A stretch of DNA of 44,378 bases, the filler included, from Catajapyx aquilonaris (taxonomy: Eukaryota): NCBI GenBank assembly GCA_000934665.2. It is 2 parts of 2 records of this genome, joined end to end, with 100 filler letters (N's around TTAATTAATTAA, not from the genome) between each part and the next. Parts side by side here need not be neighbours in the genome. Positions count along the whole stretch, not along the records: positions 22,352 to 44,378 come from JYFJ02005932.1; 1 more part is not named here. The stretch is one strand, 5' to 3'. The notes under the pieces are model-generated. The model did no database searches and was not told the origin of the DNA. It worked only from the letters and a program-made list of their open reading frames with translations. The translations under genes and the position numbers were made by a program. Below are positions 24,161 to 34,633 of the stretch, in pieces (the first letter of the stretch is position 1; each line of letters begins with the position of its first letter).

Positions 24161-26711
24161 AAAGGGACAGAACAGAGAGCAGAAGAAAAAGCCAAGGGGG
24201 GAAGTCTCTCGGGGGCGAGAGTTGTGGGGGGGTGATGTGTGGAGAGAGTTTTTTCGTTTGTTTGTTGGGAATACCCCCCACTACCTCCACCCCATCTTGT
24301 CTCCCTCCTTCCCCCTTCCTCCTCCCTTCCTCCTCCTCCCTTTCCCGCCCCCACCACCGTCTTTTGATGGCGCCACACCGATTATGCTGCCTACAAACGT
24401 CGCGCTGCCCTTTAGAAATGCTGGCCTGCTGCGTCTGGCCTCGTGTGTACATTAACTGCGTCCACCCTTCCCGGAAGAAAGTTCTGCAGTTTTTCTTACA
24501 GCCAGGTCACTGTAAAGAAATAATATTTTTTTTGGCAGTTTTGTTTCATGGGATGGGTATGTGACATCAACAGAACATCTTAAAAGGGAGGAGGAACTTT
24601 TCATTTAGGCTCTCTCTCACTATTCAATTTCATACTCTCTTCTTGACCCGTCTTTCGAGCATTCTTTCCCCACCTGTCACTTGCCTTAAAGAGTAGTTAA
24701 CAATGTAGAGATGGGGACACCTTTTGTCAATTAAAGAAATATTATTAATAATAATGATAATGATAATAATGAGGGGTGGGGTGTTTGCAGTGGGGGGATG
24801 GTTTAGTGCTGAGGCAATGTTGCCAGTGTTAATATATGTGTTACGAAGGGTGGGCTTCTCTCCTTTTTTAGCGTTATAGTCCCACCCCAAGTTGCTACTC
24901 CAGTGATATAAAAATGCAGTTGAGTTTCTTTTTTTCCTCTTGTTATTTTGTGTCTCTAAATACAGTAGTACTTCTCGTGCCCAGCATTTATAACCTCCCC
25001 TTGGCTCTTCCCCCTCCTCTTTCACCCCCCCACTTTTTCACCAGAAGCAGTTTCTTTTCTTCATTTCTAATGCGTCTGCAAATTTCGTGCCAAAATGTTT
25101 CCAGGTTAAAAGAAGGAATGGGAGGGTGTATGTAGTTCCTCCTCCTGAACTGCTATTTGAGGGGAGGGGAAGGATGTAATAATTTTTTTTAGTGTGCGTT
25201 TGACTGGACATTTTTAATTGCCTGTTGTGAGAAGCTGGGGTAAAAAAAACATATTGTACAAGAATCATGCGTGCTTTTTAAGTGATTGGTGGCATAGGCG
25301 ACTGGCAGCTTTTCTCTGGGGGGAATAAATGGGGATGGGCGAACCTGTGCAAGGGGTATGGGGGTGTTGAGGGGGTGCGGGAGGGGTATTGTTAACACAA
25401 GAAATGTGATTTTGGGGTAGGGATAATAGTCAGTAGTTGGTAGGAAGAAAAAGGGGGTTACCAAGATATCAAGAGTTTATTAAATGCCCCCCACCCCATC
25501 TCCTATTCCCCCAAAAAACCTGTATACATAACTTTGAAAAAAGCCGCTGTATAGCCTAACTTTACCAGTCCCTACCCCTCCTGCTCTCCTACAGTTTAAG
25601 AAGAAAAGAAAGAGAAACGTGACTCCTGTGTATAGTGAGGAGGCTGCTCCCTCTTACCCACTCCCCATCCTATCCCTGCCCTCCCCAACTCCCCCAAACC
25701 CCCCCAGTTTGCATAAAGAGCCCTTAGTCAAAGTGCGAACCCAAAGTGCCACTTAGAGTGTTTGGTTTGAATTAGATCAATCTGTTTTACTTTTCATAGT
25801 TATTTTTATTTGTACTGTTACTTGTTTTTTTGAATGTTTTTTTTTTTTTTTCCTCCCTGCTGCAAGTGAGTAGACTTTTCAAAGTGATATGAAATGCCAG
25901 TGCAGATTTTTCTCTTCTCCTTTTAACCTTGTTTCTTAACCTGTCTTTACAAAACAAAACAAAAGTTATTTTTACATTGTTTTTTTAATTGTTTGCCATC
26001 CTGCTCCCAGCGCCTTAAATCTCCTCTTTTCTGCCATTTCTTTGGGACTGTAACTACGTTGCTAAATTATTTTAAAAGTAAACAGGAAGGGATAAGAAAC
26101 GTACATTACAAAAAAAAAAAAAAGCGTCGGCTACTTGCCGGCTATTCTTTGGAAATTGCCATGATCGAAATAATTATAATTCACATCATGGAGGCAGGGT
26201 TTTTATTGGTATGAGAGAGTATCCCCAGTGAAAGAATACCATAACAAATAAGCTTACAATGTGCCTATTCCAAAATTTCTGTGGAAGGTTGGCTGCTATC
26301 CTAGAACCAACACGAAAAGGCAGATTCCACTCACCACCTTATCTTAATGCAGCTCTCTCCGGACAATCCAGTGCAAAACTTACGCTAATGAGAAGCTTGG
26401 CAAGATATGGAGTGTTCATGTGGTGCGGTTTGACATGACTTCAGAAATTATCCTGCACAAAGCATGACAACTTGCTGAGCCTTTTCTTGTTACTGTGTGG
26501 GGTTGTCCAGAGGGGATGGCATTCAGATAAGGTGGCAGGTGAGGTCTGCATTTTATCGTTGGTTCCAGTGTATCATGGTAAATTATTGCAATCCCATTTG
26601 TGGTTGAATAACACAGTAAATTACCATATCAACACCCAAAGTTCCAATGCAATCTTGAATATTAGACAGACCATGCATTGCTAGGATGTGTGGAAGAATT
26701 TAGCTGGTGCA

Positions 26712-26872
26712 CAGTGTTTGACATTAAGCGAGGCAGATTGTTAGCGGCATTTTCCGAAGCGGCAGAAGAAGGAATCGAAGATAAGGATACTGCAAGCCGG
26801 GCGAGCAAGATTCCTTCTTCTGCCGCTTCGGAAAATGTCGCTGGTGGTTGCCTCGATTAATGCTTAACACTG
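26712..26872. mobile_element. Palindromic MITE (Tc1/mariner-pogo-type CAGTG ends)
   Basis: cagtgtt...cattttccgaagcggcagaagaaggaatc / gattccttcttctgccgcttcggaaaatg...aacactg|ta. Confidence 0.8.
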
Positions 26873-27571
26873 TACCATCCTGGCTACGTCTTTTATTGTG
26901 TGGGGGTGAGCATGGCCAAGCTCTGAAGAGAATTGCATCCAAAGGTTATGACTATAACATAACATAATTTATGGAAAGGGTGTCAAAAGAAGTGTTAAGT
27001 TAACACATGATGCAAAACTCTGCTGAAACTCGTTTATCTTGCCACAGCAGTAACAGCTTTGTGGATTTGTGTGTGCTGCTTCTAGGTGATTTAATGTGGA
27101 TAGTTTGTATGTTGTATGATGCAGGCAACCCCTTGGTGTATAACACAAAACACCGGATATTTTTATTCATCAATTTATGTAAATAGATCAATCAATTTGA
27201 AGACTCAATCATACGGACTCCATTTTATTCTTCCACCCATATGGTGTCTAGTCTATGATGGTAAGTCCATGGCGTATGTTCAAGATGGTCTTCACAGCTG
27301 TATGTCAAATTTCACTGCCCACTCTCAGCACATGCCCACAAAAAAGAGCATCCTTGGCTCATGGTTAGCCCAGCAGATGTTGCTCCAGTACATGTTAAAC
27401 ATTGGAAGATGTCTCTCATACTGTCAAAAGAGAATATTTGCCTCAGGGCAAGTCTTGCAAGCTGATCAGTTATAAGGCTCTGCTAGCAGTTTGTGTAATA
27501 TTAATTGACAAAAGAGTACTTTTTTGGCAATTGGGTCTGGCAGATCAATTACCACATAAGTTATAAAACAG

Positions 27572-27577
27572 TTTATT
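27572..27577 (-). terminator. Polyadenylation signal (AATAAA) for the COX19-PPCDC transcript
   Basis: tttatt on the + strand ~77 nt after the PPCDC stop. Confidence 0.6.
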
Positions 27578-27653
27578 TCCCAAAACCACTAAATACACGC
27601 CAGATGTGGACAAGCACCGCACAAGATTTGTCATCATAATGGCACCGTATCGA

Positions 27654-28287
27654 TCATAACAATAATGCAGTTGCTACAGCATCAACAATGGTGCTGACTT
27701 CAGCCATAGCTCCAGGGCCCTCATCCCCACAAACTAGTTTCTTGCAAATTGCAGGCACTTCAATGTACCCCCAAGAGCGGAGGGTGGACAGATGCGTGTC
27801 AGTGACTGGGTGTTGGAGCATGTAAGTGTTCATTGCGGGGCAGAACAGGAGGGGCTTTTGAGGTCGCCAGGCACGAGCAACGCAAGTCAGTAGATTATCG
27901 CACAGTCCACAGGCCAGCTTGGCAAGGGTGTTTGCATCCAGGGGGGCCAGGAGGAAGGCATCACACTGCTTGGTCAGCTCTATGTGTAGGACTGGATCAC
28001 CCCTCTGGCTCCACTGGGACCATTCATCCTCGTCGTTGTAGACTTTAACGTGAGGGCCCAAGTCCTTTGAAATGATGGCAGGTTGTTAGTACAGACATAT
28101 CAGAGCATATTGACACCTTGCTTACCTTTAGGTTAAAGAAGTGCGTGGCATGCGAAGTTGGGACCAAAGTTATATTAAGAGCATCGCCATATTTCTGCAA
28201 AAGTTCAGATGTCAGCTGCGGGATCTTTAAGGATGCAACACTGCCGGTGCACCCAACAAGAAGACGCTTCTTAGCATCGGACGCCAT
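27654..28287 (-). CDS. PPCDC: Phosphopantothenoylcysteine decarboxylase (CoA biosynthesis flavoprotein), 190 aa, 2 exons
   Basis: Exons 28287-28126 and 28064-27654, with a 61-nt GTAAG...AAG phase-0 intron. Motifs GCTGSVASLKIP, W..RGDPVLHIEL, APLDANTLAK..G.CDNLLTCV.RAW, PAMNT.M..HP and KLVCGD.G.GAMAEV. Confidence 0.95.
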
Positions 28288-28541
28288 TATTCCTTCGGTT
28301 CCTTCGATTCAAACCCAAGTTTGGAGAAGTCCTCCTTAGCCATAAGCTCCTTGTCCATTCGACATTGAAGGTACTCGCGCGCTTCCACCCTGCAAGCGCT
28401 GTTGTCATGCGATTGCCTCTCGATGCAGAGCAGGTACCGCAGCATGAAGCGCTTGCACACACCCTCGTGGTCTAGGGGGAAGCTGCCTTTATCCGGTGGG
28501 GTTGGCGTGAATGTCTTCTGGCCAAAGGTCACGCTACTCAT
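28287..28541 (-). CDS. COX19: Cytochrome c oxidase assembly protein COX19 (twin CX9C), 84 aa, intronless CDS
   Basis: PTPPDKGSFPLDHEGVC signature, C-x9-C twice (CKRFMLRYLLC, CRVEAREYLQC), CRM..LM.KE....LGF. Confidence 0.95.
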   Translation of the reverse strand: MSSVTFGQKTFTPTPPDKGSFPLDHEGVCKRFMLRYLLCIERQSHDNSACRVEAREYLQCRMDKELMAKEDFSKLGFESKEPKE

Positions 28542-29184
28542 CTCAGTAGAACAGGAGCTGTTACGAGCAAGGATCGCTTTACACGTTGCAACTGTACAAT
28601 GCCTTTTGCAATGCTGTACACCGAACTAGCGTGGTACTCACACATCATTACAAAGCTTTAAAAATGCACCATTGCGGCATCTTACCCAGAGGCTGGCTCC
28701 CTCCGAGGTGCTCTCTTTCCACTTGATTCAGCTGATTGATGTATGTATATTTTCCTGTGACGCCGGCGCTTATGGCCGCATTCCATCGGCTGATCTGCAG
28801 CTTCGTATTTTCAAAGTAATATAAGTCTCACAACTTCTGTCGCATTGACCATTGTTCATAAGAAAGTGTTGGCTCATGTTAAATTGTAAAATATATTGAA
28901 GAAAAACATGGTTGGAAAGTGGCAGCCGTCCGAACTGGAATAAAAAAGATGGCGCTCTCATTGTAGCCAGAAAAGTCTGGACGTCTACCACGCTTTGGTA
29001 CCACGGTACAGACGCTTGTTTGTATGCTGCTCCTGTTGTATGTATCCAGATTATTTTACTCATTTATCCCCCAGATCAGACTGTATTTGCTCAATTGTAT
29101 GTGTGTTGGGGGCAGAACAGAGCGGCATGCAATGTAAAACCTTTCATGTGTAATTTGCAGTTGAGCACCGGTTGAAGCAGAACC
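28542..29184. promoter_or_regulatory. Divergent promoter / 5'UTR region between COX19-PPCDC (-) and NPRL2 (+)
   Basis: Start codons are 643 nt apart, head to head. YY1/Pho-like AAGATGGCG at 28946-28954. Candidate UTR introns: minus G|GTAAG at 28685 to CAG at 28558; plus acceptor tttgcag| at 29160. Confidence 0.6.
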
Positions 29185-31387
29185 ATGATGCAGCGGCCTC
29201 ACTCTCCTCTGAGCGCCCACCTTCGCCTCGGATCAGGCGGATCGGACGGAGAGGAGGGACCGGATGGGCCGGATTCAGCGTCCAAGTCGCCACCGGGAAA
29301 CGACGATTACTTCGAAGGGTGCGGGAGGGAAGGGCCCATAAGGTGCTGCTTCTTCAGCGAGTTTCATCCCACCGCAGGACCGAAGATCACTTATCAGGTG
29401 AACACATGGTGGTGGGGACTGACGTATAGGAGCAAATTTCTTATGAGTTTTTGGGATTTAGTTTCCAGAGGACTTTGTGTCGAAAGAAGTTTTTGATGCT
29501 GTGAGCGTTTACATCATTCCGAAGCCACAACTTCAACGAAGCATCCTGACAGTGTAAGCCCATAAAATCAAATGCCTTTCCCCTCTTTAGTATGTAACTG
29601 CCAGTGCTTTCCACAGAAATGCCCTTGGCCACAAGATTGTGGGCTACCCAGTGAAGATTGACAACCCCAAGTACGACCGCAATGCTTTTTACTTCAACGT
29701 CTGCTTTGTGTGCGATGCATGGGCTCGCTCTGTCCAGTATGAGCCAGTTGTAAAGAAGTTCTCAGAGTACCTGGTAAGTCAACAACTGACTGTGTTGTTA
29801 GAATCTGTTTTATGAAGGGAAGAACAATGCAACGTAATCTGAAACAGTAATGAAAATAAGTAGCCTAATAGAGCAGTCGTCCATGTTCTAGTTCTTTGTT
29901 TGTATGAACTAACTCCATCATAACACCATGACAAATTGCATTTAGGTCGTGATGGAACGTGAGAGTGGCTTCTTGTCGGATGAGGAAAGCAAGGCACGTC
30001 TTCCAGGCATTCTTCAGCAGGTTCATCACCAGCTGAACACCCAAAGGGTGACAACAGTGACAGTGGACCGTACTGTGATCCAACTTAAGATTGCCAGGGT
30101 GGCAGCAGACCCACCTCCGGTACACGACCATCATGTACCCATGTTTGTAGAAGATCGGGCCTCCTTCCGCAGTGAGGAGTGGGATCTCACCACACAGCAG
30201 ATCCTGCCCTTCATTGATGGGCTGAATCACGTGGCCAAGATAGCTGCACTCGCGGATGTAGAGAACAACCTTGTCAAGGCCTGTACCCAGAACCTGGTGT
30301 GAGTGACCATCTGGTATTCTTTTAACACATCTGATTAGTTCTTTGGCACAAAGTTGGGAGCCACTCTGAACAGTGTGCATCAGATGCAACTGATCTTTTG
30401 TGAAAGTAGTAGCAGCTGCTTACATAATACAACAGTGTTACATGAAGTTTGGTATTGATTGTGAGGGATAGGGGAGTTTCTATGTAGTAATGGTTTTTTA
30501 ATGATGTGTACATAATCATGCACTTCACTAGTATACTTGTTATCGTATTGTTTGACAATGGTGTTTAATGCTGTTAAATAATTTTGCAGATATTATGGAG
30601 TGGTGAAGCTTACGCCAATTTTCCAGTACAGCAATGTTTATGCACCGACCCCACATTTACGTCGATTGGCCAGTGAGTCCCAGCTTCAAGAGGCCTGCCT
30701 CAATTTTGTGTCCAAATCTGGTTGGTTATAATTTACAAGAGTTGGCTACAGTTGCTGTCAATTTTGCGTATTACAACTAGTGCATAATTATATTTTTTAA
30801 CAGAAGCCATGAGGCCTGCCCTTCGGGATGTGCTGAGGTTATACTGCAGCATGACTCGGGCAACCTCTGTGCGCGACCTGTGCCTCCGTCTGTCACCTCA
30901 CATGTTAGGAATAGATGAGAGGAGACTGGTGCAGTTTGGATTGCTCCATGGGCTCATTCGTCGTATACACAAAGTAAACTTACATTTCTTTGGATGTTTT
31001 TCACTTCTATTTCAGTGATATAATGCCTTAAAATGCAGGACATTACTGATATAATGTGGAAGAAAAAAGGATTTTGACATCAAGTGGGATATGATTCAAG
31101 AGTTTCCCATGCATGTTTTGAATTATTTCAATGCATGGTAAAATGCATGTCAATTTTGAAATGACTTACTTGGTGACAATACGAAAATCAGACTCTTTCT
31201 CGCTCTCTCTCTTTGATAGTATCCAGTTCAACTGTCTGAACACAATGGCCAAAAACCGAGGGGGATGCAGAGGCTGTTTATGGGTGCCCTGTTTTATGAT
31301 GAAATCTGTTGTAAGACTGGGCTTGGCTTCCAAGAAGTGGATGATATGGTCGAAAGGGATTCCCATGTTATCACATTGTGGAAGTGA
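29185..31387 (+). CDS. NPRL2: GATOR1 complex subunit NPRL2 (nitrogen permease regulator 2-like), 427 aa, 7 exons
   Basis: Exons 29185-29397, 29462-29553, 29617-29773, 29946-30298, 30590-30720, 30804-30973, 31220-31387; all GT-AG, total 1284 nt. Motifs [45 protein letters not shown]...[26 protein letters not shown], terminal WK*. Confidence 0.95.
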
Positions 31388-31687
31388 ACACTCTGCTGTC
31401 TTGGTGATTCAAGGTCTTTGTCATTAGGCCCCTACTTTCTGGTCAAATACAGGTTAACAGTCACTCATTACTTTATATTCATGAAACTTTATTTATCTGT
31501 TTATATAATAGTTCTGTCCCGGGTATTTATGTGTTTATGCAGAGCCAAAGAGTTTGAAATTTTGGAATATCAATTATAATCAATGATAATCAATGATAAT
31601 TTTGGATCTGGCCTTGTTACTGCCTGTCATTGAGGAAAACAAGTATTAAATCATTTCGACGAATTTAATGCAGCTCTAAGCTATCTA

Positions 31688-32431
31688 CGAGGGCTAGTCG
31701 GAAAATAAGTTTCACTATGCCACAGTTTCAACACCAGGTCACAGACAGGGTAAAAACGAGCATGGGCAGGTATGTTGATATTTCCACTAATTTATTGCAG
31801 GATGGGTAAGCACCTTTGTGCAACTTGTGCGCAGGCATGGCAGCTGTTGCACAAGACCGAGTGGTGAGCCAAGCATGTCAGCCCACATTCCACCAGAAAA
31901 TGTCATGCCAGACAGAAATTGTTGGTCACATGGACTAAGAAATAAGTTAGGACACTTGAGGACCCTGTCGGTAATTGCCAAGGCCGGTAGTTCAGGTGTC
32001 TGGTTGTCCTTTACACTCTTGAGCTTATTCTGAAATTGCTGGCACCATATGGCCACAACATTTGCTCAGACATGACATCTCCGGATCATACACTTCACTA
32101 GCCAGCAATGAATGTCGTATGTCAAATGTTGACCACTGGTAGCGAACATCTGACCTAACTTGTGCCTTAGTTCATGCAAGAACTCTTGGTTCATGTGACC
32201 AACACTCTCTGTGTGGCATGACATTTCTTGGCGGAATGTGGGCAGTCACACTCGGCTCGCCACTCAGTCACATCCGACGGCTGTCGCGCTTGCACATAAA
32301 TTGCAAGAAGGCTCCTACCCATCCTATAAAGTAGAGAAAGATCAACGTACCTGCCTATGCTTGTTTTTACCGTCCGTCACATGGCGTCGAAACTGTGGCA
32401 TCGCAAAAAAGATATTTCCAACTAGGCCTCA
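31688..32431. mobile_element. Mariner-type foldback MITE, nearly fully palindromic
   Basis: ta|cgagggctagtcggaaa...atgccacagtttc / gaaactgtggcat...tttccaactaggcctca|ta; internal arms cccacattccaccagaaaatgtcatgcca / tggcatgacatttcttggcggaatgtggg. Confidence 0.8.
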
Positions 32432-32883
32432 TAATAACATCTAGCTGAGATTGCAAAACCAGACTGTCCATTTATGATTTTACAAGGATTAGTCAATTGT
32501 AGTTTGGATTTTATGAAGATTCATTGGGGAATTGCAATTTTCTCATTGAGACTAGGGGTCAATATGGGCCTTTTTATGTGGGTCAGGGTCAAAAACACTG
32601 CCATGCTGTCATATCAATGTGGTCTGAAGCCTACTGGAAGCACATGTGGGATTGGAGGCACATAAGGTAAGTTTCAGGGTGAGATACGCTGCATTGCCTT
32701 TCGTCAAATTAGTATTTTTCTCTTTCACATGAATGAAACACGTGACTTCTCAGGTTATAATTGCGATGTAATTGCCTGGGAATCCTGCATTAGAGGTATG
32801 GAAAGAATAAAACATGACCTCTAAGTCTCATTGGCTGTAATGGGATGACTTAGCACTTCTCTTAATAAGGTGTGGCATGAATT

Positions 32884-33207
32884 GTGAGTGGGTGGGCTAT
32901 CTAAACAGTTTACTTACACCAATATTGCGTCCACAATTAGACCTTCCTCTTCAATGGAGATGGAATGGAATGTGGATGAGGTCACCTGAATCTTCAAGCT
33001 AGTAAAACAGGCGCAAATGATGATTCAGAGGGGAGTAGAGCGGAGATGTCAATAAATTATGAACTGCAGGATACAGAGAATTGCTGAATGCCTATAGTAG
33101 TGCAAAGGGACTGCTGTGGTGTGTGACAGAGTGTCAGGGATTTTCTGCAATTCCTGCGAAGAATTATTTGAGCCATCATATTGATATTGGAGAGGCATCT
33201 TAGAATG
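32884..33207 (-). pseudogene. Decayed partial duplicate of GAT exons 6-7 and intron 7
   Basis: 32884-32910 matches 35730-35756 (25/27) and 32972-32988 matches 35823-35839 (16/17, includes the donor). The decayed exon reads LYPAVHNLLTSPLY...LFY*LEDS versus [15 protein letters not shown]...LFIGLDSQ. Confidence 0.65.
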
Positions 33208-34633
33208 TAGTAGGAACAGGTGTCTTGATGTTTTTCAATATAAAAATATTTGATTATACTTGTAGAGTGCTAATGGGGGAATTCAAGTTGTGAACATGTT
33301 TTTGAGGTAAAGCTATCTGAGACTTATGAAAAATGCAAATCACAAAAATTTCACATTCTGCTTTTAGTGGCAATAATTTATGCCAAGCATGATTGAAAAT
33401 GATGCAATGCATTTACTTTTAGGTTCCTGTTATTTTGGCACTAGGCTGCTTATTTTTAAGCAGGTATTTTTACATAGTTTTAGTGGTTATAAAAATACTT
33501 CACATTAAGCCAGTGGTTGCCCTAAACCATTTTAGCGACATTTGTTAAATTTGCGAAGGTGACACACTTGTGGCATGCGTTTTAATTTTCAGCTCATTTA
33601 TGTAGCACAAGGTCAGTGGATGACTAAAACTGAATTTTTTGGACTTGTTACAGTAGGCTTTCAAGTTCAACAGATGAGAACATGGCATATTACATATGCA
33701 GTTAATATTACAATCTTCCTGAAATCTGGTTGGTACTTATATGGTTCAAGGCTGCAGTGATTTTCTTCAAACTGAGTCATGAACTGGATGATGATGCTGA
33801 GAGTATACGATTCTTATTGATGTCTGTTCAAACATATGATTTGATATTTTTCTCTTCTTTTATTACAAACAAAAAATGAATACATAATACACTTAATATA
33901 TCCTGTTGTTGATAGTACAATGATTAATTTGTTATTATAGACTTTATATTGGAACTGTGATAATTTATTTTACATAATAATTGCAGCCATTCTTGTACTG
34001 GAAGTGCCACTATAGTTAATCAATTGAAATAAAAATTCGATTTAAAACAGACACAGTTAAAAGGAGCCAGGTTGTATCATGCTTCACACACAAGAGTGGC
34101 ATTTATTAATTTGCTTCTCGGCTGCATCTACACTGTTGACATATTTTTGTCCCCTGCCCCCATCCCCCGCACCCTGCAACTGAATGTCTGTTGAGGAGGA
34201 AGGGGTTGAGGCTAACAGAAAGAGAGTTTGACATCACATTTAAAAGACTTTGTAGGGGTTTTTTGAAGTTTGACAGACGACACACACATGCTGGGGTAAG
34301 TTGTGACCAGGACGTAATTTCTTCTCCTTTTTTTTAAATATTAGCTACAAAACAAACACACCATCGATTGACATTGACTTCTACACTGTGTCCCCCAAAG
34401 TGTGGCCTACATAAAACTCTACATAACAATACAATGGGCCAGATACATGGACTTGTTCTCTCTCCATTATCTGAGGCTTTCACATTTATCACTGCATTTC
34501 AATTCATGCCCACATATTTTTTGTGGAGGTTTTTTAATTAGATTTTTTGATGGATTTTTTTACTGTGTGAGGGGGCATTAGGGAGGGGATCTTCGTGATT
34601 TCCTCTGCTGCACAAATAGTTGACTTTGGTTCT

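Noticed and set aside
26290..27480. Minus-strand splice-like signals and faint RhoGEF(DH)-like peptide fragments
   Set aside because: All frames are interrupted by stops and the similarity is too weak to support without a search.
28285..28330. COX19-PPCDC fusion by -1 frameshift at GGGTTTG, or a calicivirus-type UGGGA TURBS motif
   Set aside because: The heptamer is in the wrong phase and is followed at once by TGA in the PPCDC frame. Only TGGGT, not TGGGA, is present upstream, so no viral-type motif can be claimed.
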